This document shows, piece by piece, positions 1-10,058 of a DNA stretch of 45,858 bases (positions within the stretch are counted from its first letter, which is position 1; each line of letters opens with the position of its first letter). This DNA comes from Deltaproteobacteria bacterium TL4. Its GTDB lineage: Bacteria > SAR324 > NAC60-12. Location: the NCBI GenBank assembly GCA_051382335.1, contig JBBCAX010000095.1, positions 1 through 45,858 of the forward strand, read 5' to 3'. The position numbers and the translations under genes were made by a program. Under the pieces are notes generated by a model. It made no database searches and was not told the DNA's origin. It was given only the letters and a program-made list of their open reading frames with translations.

Positions 1-3000
1 CCATTGACATGATACAGATCGTAAACTCCCATAAACAGGTTATTTTTCAAGGTCACTTTCGCTCCCGAATAAATATTCAGGTGTCGGCCTTTGTAATAAT
101 AAACATCATGGCTGCTGTCATGATAATAATAGTCATTGGAAAAGGTATTGTTGATCACATAGAGTTCCGGGTTGTGGTTGGTGATGCTTTCTCCGCCGTA
201 ACTGATAAGACTGTCGTTTTCGTTTTTCATGCCCTGCTGGATGAAGTTTCCAATGATGTAGCTCAGTCCTCCATTGGGCAGATCAATCTGATAACTGGCT
301 CGCCCGGTATCTTCGTCCATGATTCGATTATAGAGAATATAATTGCGGTAAGCTCTGCTTTTGAGGTTGTGTCCTACTTTGGTGTGATGGCTGTAACTGT
401 AGCGAATGATCAATTTTTTGATTTTATTGATGTAAATGTTATGGCTCAGTCCATCTTCATAGCCGTTTCTGGCGAATTCAGAATCTTCAATCAGGATCGT
501 GCTGTTCGGATTATCACCTGCCAGAATCCCGTCCTCATTATCATGAAAATAGCAACTGCGGATAATTAAGTCTGTACCTTCCTGACGAATACCCGCCCCA
601 TTGCGATCCGGTACTGAAGCACCGGAAAAACGGATATTTTCCACAGTAGTATTGTTCCCCTTGATGACCCAAATAGCTTTGCCTTCAACCGTAACACCGT
701 TGGATTTCAGGTACACAAAACCTCCATTTCCGGAAATTCTGAGATCCTTCGCCGTCCAGATTGCCGCGTCACTTTCATAGATTCCCGGATCAATTTTGAT
801 CCAGTCTCCATCCTGCGCTACCGCGGCGGCCTGACTGGGGGTCTGGTAAATTTTCCCGGGTCCTACTTCCAGCACCCTGTGGTTACTTGTTTCGGAAGTA
901 TCTGCCAACGGAACAGAGACAGTCCACTGATGATCAACCCACGGTCCGTTATAGGAAGGATCTTCATCGGCCAGGACCGGATTGTGATTGTTTTCCAGTT
1001 GCCTGTCCGCAACGAAGGCTTCACTGCCGTCCACTTCATAAGCTCCAATATCCAGTGTTCCCTCGGGGATCCTGCGCGTGGGGTTCTGTCCTGGAAGCGG
1101 ATAATGATATTGGGGAACAAGAGAGAAATCGTGAGCCTCTCCAGGAGGGATCCCCGCGTTTCTGGCCTCAGAAGTTGGGGTAATCCGATAATCGTAAGCG
1201 GCTTTGTTCTCTACCGGAACGGGGGAGGCGACTCCCGTGGCATCGTTGGCGTCTGCGGTAAGCACTGTGTTTTCAGGATAGGGATATTCCCCATTGTAGT
1301 GGTTCAGCGAGTTGGTATAGATCAGGTTGGAACGAACCTCCACGCTGGCTTCACCGTTGACATGATACAGATCGTAGACTCCCATGAACAGGTTGTTTTT
1401 CAAAGTCACTTTGGCCCGGGCATAAATATTCAGGTGTCGGCCCTTGTAATAATAAACATCATGGCTACTGTCATGATAATAATAGTCATTGGAAAAGGTA
1501 TTGTTGCTCACGTAGAGTTCCGGGTTGTGGTTGGTGATTTTCTCTCCGCCGTAACTGATAAGACTGTCGTTTTCGTTTTTCATGCCCTGCTGGATGAAGT
1601 TTCCAATGATGTAGCTCAGTCCTCCATTGGGCAGATCAATCTGATAACTGGCCCGCCCGGTATCTTCATCCATGATCCGGTTGTAGAGAATATAATTGCG
1701 GTAAGCTCGGCTTTTGATATTGTGTCCCACTTTGGTGTGATGGCTGTAACTGTAGCGAATGATCAATTTTTTGATTTTATTGATGTAAATGTTATGGCTC
1801 AAGCCATCTTCATAGCCGTTTCTGGCAAACTCGGAATGTTCAATCAGGATCGTGCTGTTCGGATTATCACCTGCCAGGATACCGTCCTCATTATCGTGAA
1901 AATAGCAACTGCGAATGATTAAATCTGTGCCTTCTTGACGAATACCGGCACCGTTATGATCCCTCACCGACGCACCGGAAAAGCGAATATTTTCCACAGT
2001 GGTATGATCTCCCTTAATGACCCAAATCGCTTTGCCTTCAACGGTAACGCCGTTGGATCTCAGGTAGACAAAACCGCCATTTCCGGAAATCCGGAGATTG
2101 TTCGCGGTCCAGATCGCCGCGTCATTTTCATAGGTTCCCGGATCAATTTTGATCCAGTCGCCCTCTTGAGCTACGGCGGAAGCCTGACTGGGAGTCTGGT
2201 AAGTTCTTCCAGGTCCTACCTCCAGTATCCTGTTAAGGCTTGTCCCTGAAACCTCTGCCAGCGAAATGGAGGCGGTCCACTGGTGATTGACCCAAGGTCC
2301 GCTATAGGAAGGATCTTCATCATCCAATACCGGATTGTGGTTATTTTCCAGTTGCCGCTCCGATACGAAGGGCTTGCTGCCGTCAACTTCATACGCACCA
2401 ATATCCAGGGTTCCCTCGGGAATCCTGCGTGTAGGGTTCTGTCCTGGCAGCGGATAATGATATTGCGGAACAAGAGAAAAGCCGTGCGCTGCACCAGGCT
2501 CAATCCCCGCGTTTCTGCTGTCAGAGGTTGGGGTAATCCGATAATCGTAACTGGCTTTATCCACTACCGGAACGGGAGAGGCGATCCCCGTGGCATCATT
2601 GGCATCCGCGGTAAGCACGGTGTTTTCAGGATAGGGATATTCCCCATTGTAGTGGTTCAGCGAGTTGGTATAGATCAGGTTGGAACGAACCTCCACACTG
2701 GCTTCACCATTGACATGATACAGCTCGTAGACTCCCATGAACAGGTTATTTTTTAGGGTCACTTTGGCCTGGGAATAAATATTCAGGTGTCGGCCCTTGT
2801 AATAAAAGACATCATGAACGAGGTCATGATAATAATAGTCATTGGAAAAGGTATTGTTGATTACGTAAAGCTCTGGATTGTGGTTGGTGATTTTCTCTCC
2901 GCCATAACTGAGCATGTTGTCGTTTTCGTTTTTCATGCCCTGCTGAATGAAGTTTCCAATGATGTAGCTCAGACCTCCGTTGGGCAGATCAATCTGGTAA

Positions 3001-3600
3001 CTGGCTTGTCCGGTATCTTCATCCATGATCCGGTTGTAGAGAATATAATTGCGGTAAGCCCTGCTTTTAATGTTGTGTCCTATTTTGGTGTGATGACTGT
3101 AACTGTAGCGAATGATAAATTTTTTGATTTTATTGATGTAAATGTTATGGCTCAGTCCGTCTCCATAGCCGTTCCCGGCAAACTCCGAATGTTCAATCAG
3201 GAGGGTGCTGTTCGGGTTGTCTCCGGCCAGAATCCCATCCTCATTATCGTGAAAATAGCTGTTGCGGATGGTTAAGTTTACGCCTTCCTGACGAATCCCG
3301 GCCCCATTGTGATCCGTGGAGGTTGCCTTGGAAAACTCAAGATTGACGACAGTTGTGTCGTTGCCTTTGATCACCCAAATCGCCTTATTTTCAGCCGTTG
3401 CTCCTGTGGCTTTCAAGTGAGCTCGTTGCTGCCCCTCTGCGCATAAAGTCAGATTATTGGCCGTCCAAACCGCGGTATCGCCTTCGTAGAGTCCTGAATC
3501 GATAAGGACGACGTCATTATCCTGGGCAATGGCCGCCGCGTCGCTGGGCTTCTTGAAATTCTGCAGGGTTCCCACTCGGAGGGTTCTGTTGGTCGTCTGT
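1..3600 (-). repeat. Intragenic tandem repeat, period 1353 bp (451 codons), about 2.7 copies visible
   Basis: TTGACATGATACAG recurs at 4, 1357 and 2710; long near-identical blocks between copies. Confidence 0.95.
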
Positions 3601-3920
3601 TTGATAAAATCGCATGAGAACGGCAAGATCTCCGTCGTGGTTTCTGTCGCTGTCGCCGTATTTACGTTTTCGGTCGTCGCAGGCAGGTTTTCAAGCGGAT
3701 TTTCAGGGGGATTGGTGTCCTTCGGAATTGAAGCTTCTACGGGTTCTTCCGCATTCTGGCTCGTTTCGGAGGGAGGTGTCACTGAGGTCTTGGTGTCCTC
3801 TGTATTGGAGGGGGTGCATCCGTTCATCATGAGGACAAGAACTATTCCGAGGCTCCACAGGGTCCATTTTAGTGAGACAATGATCCAATTTTTTGGTAGG
3901 TACTTTTTAAAGAGCGTCAT
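1..3920 (-). CDS. Large predicted lipoprotein with tandem right-handed beta-helix (pectin-lyase-like) modules; partial, 3' end outside the window (>1300 aa)
   Basis: Hand translation from ATG at 3920 (AGGAG upstream): MTLFKKYLPKNWIIVSLKWTLWSLGIVLVLMMNG-C (lipobox-like), a P/T/E-rich linker, then modules with KAIWVIKG, NGAGIRQEG, FHDNEDGIL, GNGYGDG.SHNIY, GHNIKSRA, IDLPNGG and DIGAYE. Module period 1353 bp keeps the frame. It is missing from the ORF track because no stop falls inside the window. Confidence 0.88.
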   Translation of the reverse strand, partial: MTLFKKYLPKNWIIVSLKWTLWSLGIVLVLMMNGCTPSNTEDTKTSVTPPSETSQNAEEPVEASIPKDTNPPENPLENLPATTENVNTATATETTTEILPFSCDFIKQTTNRTLRVGTLQNFKKPSDAAAIAQDNDVVLIDSGLYEGDTAVWTANNLTLCAEGQQRAHLKATGATAENKAIWVIKGNDTTVVNLEFSKATSTDHNGAGIRQEGVNLTIRNSYFHDNEDGILAGDNPNSTLLIEHSEFAGNGYGDGLSHNIYINKIKKFIIRYSYSHHTKIGHNIKSRAYRNYILYNRIMDEDTGQASYQIDLPNGGLSYIIGNFIQQGMKNENDNMLSYGGEKITNHNPELYVINNTFSNDYYYHDLVHDVFYYKGRHLNIYSQAKVTLKNNLFMGVYELYHVNGEASVEVRSNLIYTNSLNHYNGEYPYPENTVLTADANDATGIASPVPVVDKASYDYRITPTSDSRNAGIEPGAAHGFSLVPQYHYPLPGQNPTRRIPEGTLDIGAYEVDGSKPFVSERQLENNHNPVLDDEDPSYSGPWVNHQWTASISLAEVSGTSLNRILEVGPGRTYQTPSQASAVAQEGDWIKIDPGTYENDAAIWTANNLRISGNGGFVYLRSNGVTVEGKAIWVIKGDHTTVENIRFSGASVRDHNGAGIRQEGTDLIIRSCYFHDNEDGILAGDNPNSTILIEHSEFARNGYEDGLSHNIYINKIKKLIIRYSYSHHTKVGHNIKSRAYRNYILYNRIMDEDTGRASYQIDLPNGGLSYIIGNFIQQGMKNENDSLISYGGEKITNHNPELYVSNNTFSNDYYYHDSSHDVYYYKGRHLNIYARAKVTLKNNLFMGVYDLYHVNGEASVEVRSNLIYTNSLNHYNGEYPYPENTVLTADANDATGVASPVPVENKAAYDYRITPTSEARNAGIPPGEAHDFSLVPQYHYPLPGQNPTRRIPEGTLDIGAYEVDGSEAFVADRQLENNHNPVLADEDPSYNGPWVDHQWTVSVPLADTSETSNHRVLEVGPGKIYQTPSQAAAVAQDGDWIKIDPGIYESDAAIWTAKDLRISGNGGFVYLKSNGVTVEGKAIWVIKGNNTTVENIRFSGASVPDRNGAGIRQEGTDLIIRSCYFHDNEDGILAGDNPNSTILIEDSEFARNGYEDGLSHNIYINKIKKLIIRYSYSHHTKVGHNLKSRAYRNYILYNRIMDEDTGRASYQIDLPNGGLSYIIGNFIQQGMKNENDSLISYGGESITNHNPELYVINNTFSNDYYYHDSSHDVYYYKGRHLNIYSGAKVTLKNNLFMGVYDLYHVN

Positions 3921-4024
3921 CTGCTTTCTCCTATAATTCAGGTTTACCGGTTCACGGGTATTGGGCTTGAGGCGTGGGAGTTATTTCCTGAAAATTTCCA
4001 TGGAAAGATGGATTTCTTGAGGGG

Positions 4025-5482
4025 TCAAGTTTCCTTACCATGGACAACGACCACATTTCTCCCTGCTTTTTTACCTTGGTACAGACAGTCATCGGCTTTT
4101 TTGAGGAGGGTCACAATATCCTGTGCTGAATCAGGGTATGTGGCGACTCCAAAGGTTGCGGTTAAATTTCCCGTTGGTTGCTGATCCTGATAGGGAAAAA
4201 CTTCATCTTCGATGGCTTTCCTTAATTTTTCAGCAGTTTTTTGCGCCGCTTCCAGGCCGCAGTTGGGCAGAACCATCACAAATTCTTCTCCGCCAAAACG
4301 TGCGGCGAGATCTCCACGTCGGACATTATGGCCAAACAAGGCCCCTACTCTGGATAAGACGACATCTCCCATTTGATGTCCATGCGTGTCATTATAATGC
4401 TTAAAATTATCCACATCGGCGATAATCAAAGAAAAGGGTTGCTGATTATCCGCGTAAAGTGTGCCCAGTGCTTGCAGGAATTCATCCAGCCGACGCCGAT
4501 TGGCTAAGCCTGTCAACCGGTCGGTTTCCGCGTCATGCTCGGCTTTGTCTAATTCACAGTGTTGATAGTATAATACGCGATATTTTGAAATTTGATGTTT
4601 CAAATCGGAGATAGAGTAAGGTTTGGTCATTAATTCGTCAGCGCCATGAGACAACAATTGGTCCCGCTGGATGGAGTCATTGCAGTATTCACTGATCACA
4701 AAGATAGGCGCCCCATGCATTTTCAGGGCACGAAATAATTCTTTAAAATGCTCGGTGGAAGGTTTTTCTACAGCATTTAAGACATCCACCACGATCAAAT
4801 TAAAACGGTTCTCCAAGGGATTTTCCATGAATTGCTTTAGATCATCAATCTCAATGGGCGTGGATTCAGACCAGTTGGTTTCCACAACGCCTTTGACAAG
4901 TAAACGATCGATAAAGGTTTCATCAATCAGACCTACTTTAATTTGATTGGCAGGGAGCACCCGTTCACCTTTACGAATCAGCGATTGAGCCGTCGTCATT
5001 TTCAGTTTATCAGCTAACACGTGAGTGAGCATCACATAGATAATCGGTGCGGATTCCGCATTTTGTTTGATAGTGAGCATTTCCGCGGAGAAAACGACTA
5101 ACTTGCAATGGCCTTCAGCCACAACATCCGCAGATCGCGGGGAAGGCTGGATCACAGACATTTCTCCGACAACATCTCCGGGGGTTTCCAAACGTAAAAT
5201 AAATTTGGAATGAGCCATTACCGCTAAAGACCCCTCTATCAGGATATACAGTTCAGGAGGCGAGTCATCCCCTTCATGAATCAGGGTGTCATCTTTTTCC
5301 AAGGTAATGAGTTCACCCCGTCTCAGCAAATTTTTAATCAGGTCCAATTCCATTTTTTTAAAATAACGTCCGGATTGGATTAATTGGGCAAATTCACTTA
5401 ACTGAGGATGTTCCTGTAGCTGAATGGTGCACAAGGGTTTACGGATCATGGATCTCCTGAGGATGGAATACTTATCATACAT
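4025..5482 (-). CDS. Diguanylate cyclase with N-terminal cyclic-nucleotide-binding domain and receiver-like domain (cNMP-REC-GGDEF)
   Basis: GEMSVI..PRSADVVA phosphate-binding cassette; LIVVD...KP receiver-like motifs; DRLTGLANRR, DVDNFKHYNDTHGH, RRGD I-site and GGEEF. True start may be 5449 or 5353. Confidence 0.93.
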   Translation of the reverse strand: MYDKYSILRRSMIRKPLCTIQLQEHPQLSEFAQLIQSGRYFKKMELDLIKNLLRRGELITLEKDDTLIHEGDDSPPELYILIEGSLAVMAHSKFILRLETPGDVVGEMSVIQPSPRSADVVAEGHCKLVVFSAEMLTIKQNAESAPIIYVMLTHVLADKLKMTTAQSLIRKGERVLPANQIKVGLIDETFIDRLLVKGVVETNWSESTPIEIDDLKQFMENPLENRFNLIVVDVLNAVEKPSTEHFKELFRALKMHGAPIFVISEYCNDSIQRDQLLSHGADELMTKPYSISDLKHQISKYRVLYYQHCELDKAEHDAETDRLTGLANRRRLDEFLQALGTLYADNQQPFSLIIADVDNFKHYNDTHGHQMGDVVLSRVGALFGHNVRRGDLAARFGGEEFVMVLPNCGLEAAQKTAEKLRKAIEDEVFPYQDQQPTGNLTATFGVATYPDSAQDIVTLLKKADDCLYQGKKAGRNVVVVHGKET

Positions 5483-5504
5483 TCAGATTTATTTTAGCAT
5501 TGCT

Positions 5505-5542
5505 TCTGCTTCGTGTCACTTCCGCGGCGGCAGGAATGACAA
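5505..5542. repeat. Degenerate REP-like palindrome (GTCA.TTCC...GGAATGAC type)
   Basis: gtcacttccgcggcggcaggaatgac imperfect inverted repeat in the divergent intergenic region. Confidence 0.4.
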
Positions 5543-5824
5543 TGGAAACTCAATTTTCATGCCAGAACAAAACGAAATTGTATCATTATAGACTTTTTTA
5601 GAGTCTTGAGTACTGTATAGCAAACTCAATAAGGAAAGCTCAAGTCCTGACCGCACCTTTTGTGGGAGTCTGGCTGAAAAAGTTCTTTAATTTTTGTTCC
5701 CAAGAGGAGTCCTGAGAAGTTTGGAAACTGAGAAAAATTTAAGTTGTAGAATTTGTGGAGGCTCGATATGTTTAAAATTCGGTATGTAGATCGACAACAA
5801 GCCTGAAATAGCTATAAGACGCCC

Positions 5825-8800
5825 ATGTTAGACCTATTCAAAAGTAAAAAGAAACCCTCAACTTTAAGCAAAATACCTGCGGCAACAAACGCCTCAGCAT
5901 CTTCCGCAAAAGGGGTTGAAGGTTCTGGGGAGGACACAGCTTCTCCGGCACGAAGTCCGCAATACAGCGAGCAGTGGGAACTCTGGACCACTTTATATCG
6001 TAAAATCCCGGGGCACCCTTGGGATGAGTCTACGGCGGAGGCGCTAAAGAAAGCCCTGGATGCCTTACAAAAAGATGTGATCAGTGATGCCTTACAGCAA
6101 ACCTATACGCCTGAAACTTTAGATCAATTTAAAAACTACGCGCTTCGGGAATATGAGGTGATGGGGCGTATTAATCGTACCCGTATGCTGAGTTTGTGGG
6201 AATTGGCGGCAGAGGATATGCGTCAGGTGCTTTTTGAAAGTTTGTTGTTGTTTGATATTAATCCTGTGGATTCTCCTACGCTGGAACTTTCTGAAAGAGA
6301 AGGTTTTGACGCGTCGGGAAATCCTGTTTTGGAAAAACAGGTATTTGAGGTCTTTCCTCCAAACGCCTCAAGTGGTCTCGCGAACGTGGAACGCTTTCTC
6401 CCTCAAGAGGCCTTGGAAGGCAAATGGAATCTGAAGTCTTTTTTAGAAAGCGAATATCCTGAATTAGGGCCCTCCTTCAAGAGTAATCCCCAGCCTGCCA
6501 TTGAAGCGATTACGACGATTGGGAGTTTAGGCGGCATCGGACACAAGTCGGACTCGGATGTGGATGCTCAAGTCATCTACAACACCGATCCTCATTTTAA
6601 TTACAGTTGGAATGATGCCGATTTTATGCTTGCGTTGATTACGCATATCTATGACTCCATGTATCGTTACTTTTTTGAGCATGTGCTTTCGGATAAACAT
6701 CGTTTGAATTTGGAGATTACCGTTAAAAAAGAGATGCAGGAAAAGTACGCCTCCACCTTCAGTCCCGAGGAACTGGAAGTTTTGGCTCTGGTGTTTCCCA
6801 GCAGCTATCAACAACGGTTATGCCAATTGACCTGGACCCGGATTGAAAAACTGGATCCGGAGCCGTTGAAAAAATTGCTTAAAAATCAAATTTTAAAAGC
6901 GTTACAAACGTTTCCTCATTTTGAACGATATGTTAACACGCTGACGACCTTTTTCCCTTCTCTAAAAGAGTTGTCAAAGGAGCAAATCTATCAATGGGGT
7001 TGCCCTTTTTCTCTCAGGGACTTGGACACAAAAAAAGTGAGAAACTGGTTGGTTAAATATTATCAAAAACAGGTCTTGGGTCCCCGTCTTTCGCATCAAT
7101 TATTAAGTGACTACGCACAACAGGAAGGCGTCAGTCTTGCTCAACTGGGATTGGCTCAACAGCAAGAGCTGACCTTAAAGCATTTTTTTGAATCCAAACA
7201 ACGAGGAAAAGTCATTATTAATTTTTTGACGTATTTAGCAGAAAATTTAGCGTTTGACACCTCAGGTCGATGGACGGAAATATTGATTTTCTTAAGGCAG
7301 GTTCTGGGCCCTCAGGAGAAAACAATCAAGGATGAGATCATTCCGGAGTTGGTGTATCTCCGGATCAATAAATTCCGTGCGCAGATGGTGATGCTGGCAG
7401 AGGGGTATTTCAGTTGGAAGTCTGAGCAGGCGGAAGCGTTAGCGGAGTATCAAAATCATCACAAGGTCCAACAGGTGGAAGCTTATTTAAACCGAAAATA
7501 TCCCAATACAGAGGTTCATTTTTTTGTTAATATTCTGCGTAAACAACGGGCAGGACGGCATACCCCGTTTTTGGTATCTCCTGAAGGCAGTATGGCTTAT
7601 TCCTTAATGTTGAATGATCTGTTACTCAACCCTGCCGTGTTCGTTTGTGGCACACTTCCCATGCCTTTTGATCTTCCCCATGATTTTAAAGTATTATGTA
7701 CGATTGGGGCCTTTCCCCCTTCGAACTGGGAGCTAACCCAGACTAAAGAAGACGGCTCAATTGAGCGATTTACCCTTCAAAGTTTACCGAACTGGGGCAG
7801 TCTTGAAATCCCAAGGGTGATGTTTTGGGAGCATGCTATTCCGATTTTTTTAAGAGAAAGCGAAAAAGTCAGTCACCGTAATTTACCGAAAGCTTTGTTG
7901 AATTGTTGGTGGATTGAAATGATTTGCTGTCTGGAGGAAGAAACCGAGGTCCCGACGTCCTTGACGCGCCTGTTGTGGAATCCTGAACAACGGTTTTTCT
8001 ACAACAATGAGGCGTTACAACATCCCTGGCGAGAGAAAATCCTGGAAATGGAAGCGGAATTTACGGTGTTGGCCAGTGATCCCTGGTGGATGAAATTTAC
8101 AGAAATGTTGTTTCGTTTTCAAGACTCCGAGGTTCAAAAGCAAATTCTCTTTTGTTTTGCTCAGCATCTGCTCTTGTCAGATATCATTGATTTTGACAAT
8201 GACGGAAAACCCGTCTGGATTGAAAATAACGCGCCTTGGCGGACGAAGGCCTTGATTCGGTTTTATCAGTTCTTTTTTCAGGAACACGAGGACATGGTCG
8301 TGTTGATCCGGTTTGCTCAAGGACGGGATGATGTCGGGAATGAAGTTGAAAAGATTTTAAAACGACTATTTGTCGAGTCCATGAAACGAGTGGAGCAGAA
8401 ACTTTTGAACATCGGAAATTTAAAAGCAGCTCGAATGATTGCTCAGTATCTCAGACGGTACGTGAAAGATATTGCACAAAATAAAGAATTCAAAATATTG
8501 CTGGAAGAACTTCTCAAAGATATTAACCCAAAGGTGATTCTTGCGGATGAGCGGCTTCTCAAAAAAGGGCAAACCTTGAGCGCTGTCGAACAAATACAGG
8601 TCCAAACGCTGCAAGAGGACCAACGTCGTATGCTCGATGTTAGCGAAAAGTTGAAGGCTTATTGTCAGCGGTTTGATTTGAACCTGCCTTCTGGACTCAT
8701 CGAAAAATACATTCTGACGGCTCGTGTCAAGATGGCCGGCGACCCACTGGAAAATGTTATTTTTAAATATCACTTTGAGCGAAATTTTGAAAAAAAAGCC

Positions 8801-9751
8801 TACCAGGTTCCCCTACCGATTTCAAAAAGTTTGAGCATTCCACGCAAGCAAATCATGGTGGAGTTTGACCGAGAACAGGAAAATTGGATTTTCCACTCTG
8901 TGCTGAGTAAAAAAGAAGCCCGGTCGGGTGTGAGTCCCTCTGGAAAACAGGAAACCGAAATTGCCATGTTTTCTGACCACTTAATTGAGGGGCTTTCCCG
9001 TTGTGTGTTCAGCAAATACATCGGGTTTAGCGCCCACAACCTGACCTCTTTTCAAAAACCTCCTGTCCGTGCCAGAAGTGCTATCGCTCAGAATCCTGTC
9101 ACTCATCAGGACTTGCAAACCTTATCGGCAGAGATCAATGACTTTTTTCCCCAGCTTACGGTACGGTCTCGTGAGCTTTTGGAGGATATCCATTATATTC
9201 GTGATATTTTCATGGTGTGTAATATCAATGCCTTTAATACGATTTCGCTCATTGTCCGTGATAATTTTGACGATCATTTTGTCATCAACTTTCCGGTTGC
9301 TCAAATCAAAATCAAAGTAGACCCCAAAATGATGATCACCAATGATCAAAATTTCCCCATGTTTTTTCAGCGTTTTAACAGTATTGAGTGCCGCCATTTG
9401 TTTTTGGAAACCGTGGAGCGTTTGAATATCCCCATTAGGCCCCAATTTCCTCCTAATTTCAAAGTCTGGGTGAATGTGGGGAATTTCGATCTGCCCCTTG
9501 CACCCAAATTTTATAGAATTTATGTCAATGGGATTGCAAACCTGTTATGGCCTCGAGAAATTATCGGAACGTCTGAACTTCTAAGTTCAAGAGGGCAGAA
9601 ACAAACTTTCGATCAGTTGGGAAAGCAGGCGATACAGCATCACCAGGAGCTGGAACTTCGCAAAAAACAGCTTTGGGAAAAAGCCAATCAGAAAAACGCG
9701 ATGCGCGCCCGTGCGTATATGAGCCGAAAACGTCAGGAACTGGGGCTATAG
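5825..9751 (+). CDS. Divergent class I adenylate cyclase-like nucleotidyltransferase (1308 aa)
   Basis: TIGSLGGIGHKSDSDVD resembles the pol-beta-type GS...SDxD motif of CyaA. EVHFFV, GSMAYSLML, PKALL and DPWWM follow in the order of the corresponding class I AC blocks. Confidence 0.7.
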   Translation: MLDLFKSKKKPSTLSKIPAATNASASSAKGVEGSGEDTASPARSPQYSEQWELWTTLYRKIPGHPWDESTAEALKKALDALQKDVISDALQQTYTPETLDQFKNYALREYEVMGRINRTRMLSLWELAAEDMRQVLFESLLLFDINPVDSPTLELSEREGFDASGNPVLEKQVFEVFPPNASSGLANVERFLPQEALEGKWNLKSFLESEYPELGPSFKSNPQPAIEAITTIGSLGGIGHKSDSDVDAQVIYNTDPHFNYSWNDADFMLALITHIYDSMYRYFFEHVLSDKHRLNLEITVKKEMQEKYASTFSPEELEVLALVFPSSYQQRLCQLTWTRIEKLDPEPLKKLLKNQILKALQTFPHFERYVNTLTTFFPSLKELSKEQIYQWGCPFSLRDLDTKKVRNWLVKYYQKQVLGPRLSHQLLSDYAQQEGVSLAQLGLAQQQELTLKHFFESKQRGKVIINFLTYLAENLAFDTSGRWTEILIFLRQVLGPQEKTIKDEIIPELVYLRINKFRAQMVMLAEGYFSWKSEQAEALAEYQNHHKVQQVEAYLNRKYPNTEVHFFVNILRKQRAGRHTPFLVSPEGSMAYSLMLNDLLLNPAVFVCGTLPMPFDLPHDFKVLCTIGAFPPSNWELTQTKEDGSIERFTLQSLPNWGSLEIPRVMFWEHAIPIFLRESEKVSHRNLPKALLNCWWIEMICCLEEETEVPTSLTRLLWNPEQRFFYNNEALQHPWREKILEMEAEFTVLASDPWWMKFTEMLFRFQDSEVQKQILFCFAQHLLLSDIIDFDNDGKPVWIENNAPWRTKALIRFYQFFFQEHEDMVVLIRFAQGRDDVGNEVEKILKRLFVESMKRVEQKLLNIGNLKAARMIAQYLRRYVKDIAQNKEFKILLEELLKDINPKVILADERLLKKGQTLSAVEQIQVQTLQEDQRRMLDVSEKLKAYCQRFDLNLPSGLIEKYILTARVKMAGDPLENVIFKYHFERNFEKKAYQVPLPISKSLSIPRKQIMVEFDREQENWIFHSVLSKKEARSGVSPSGKQETEIAMFSDHLIEGLSRCVFSKYIGFSAHNLTSFQKPPVRARSAIAQNPVTHQDLQTLSAEINDFFPQLTVRSRELLEDIHYIRDIFMVCNINAFNTISLIVRDNFDDHFVINFPVAQIKIKVDPKMMITNDQNFPMFFQRFNSIECRHLFLETVERLNIPIRPQFPPNFKVWVNVGNFDLPLAPKFYRIYVNGIANLLWPREIIGTSELLSSRGQKQTFDQLGKQAIQHHQELELRKKQLWEKANQKNAMRARAYMSRKRQELGL

Positions 9752-10058
9752 GCGTCAAATTTTTTTAAGAAAAGGGGGACGGCGCCTCTCCTCAAAGGAA
9801 CCCTCTTCCTATTTTCTTGGATTTCATTGAAATATATCTTCCAACTGACGTTTGTTTCAGCTAGAATGACCGGAACTTGCATTATTGGCTCCTCAGTGGG
9901 TTGTTTTCTGTTCAGTGCACGATCCTCCTGCTGAAATTTAAGAAATTTTGTAATGATGGAAAAGCACATCGGCTTGAAAATAATAGGGAGATGGCGTCGC
10001 GCTTATTTAATTTTTTGCAAATTTTCAGTTTGTTTTTATCGTTTAAGGAGTTGAAACA

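Noticed and set aside
1..3300. Diversity-generating retroelement template/variable repeat pair
   Set aside because: Repeats are whole 1353-bp in-frame modules; the differences inspected are not adenine-specific and are often synonymous; no reverse transcriptase in the window
9..3936. Plus-strand ORFs of 98-347 aa (9-569, 879-1922, 2283-2756, 2787-3275, 3529-3936 etc.)
   Set aside because: Antisense shadows of the minus-strand lipoprotein, which has an RBS, signal peptide and coherent motifs
5825..9751. CBASS CD-NTase or other defence nucleotidyltransferase
   Set aside because: Downstream motif order fits class I adenylate cyclase better, and neighbours are housekeeping genes with no effector or Cap genes
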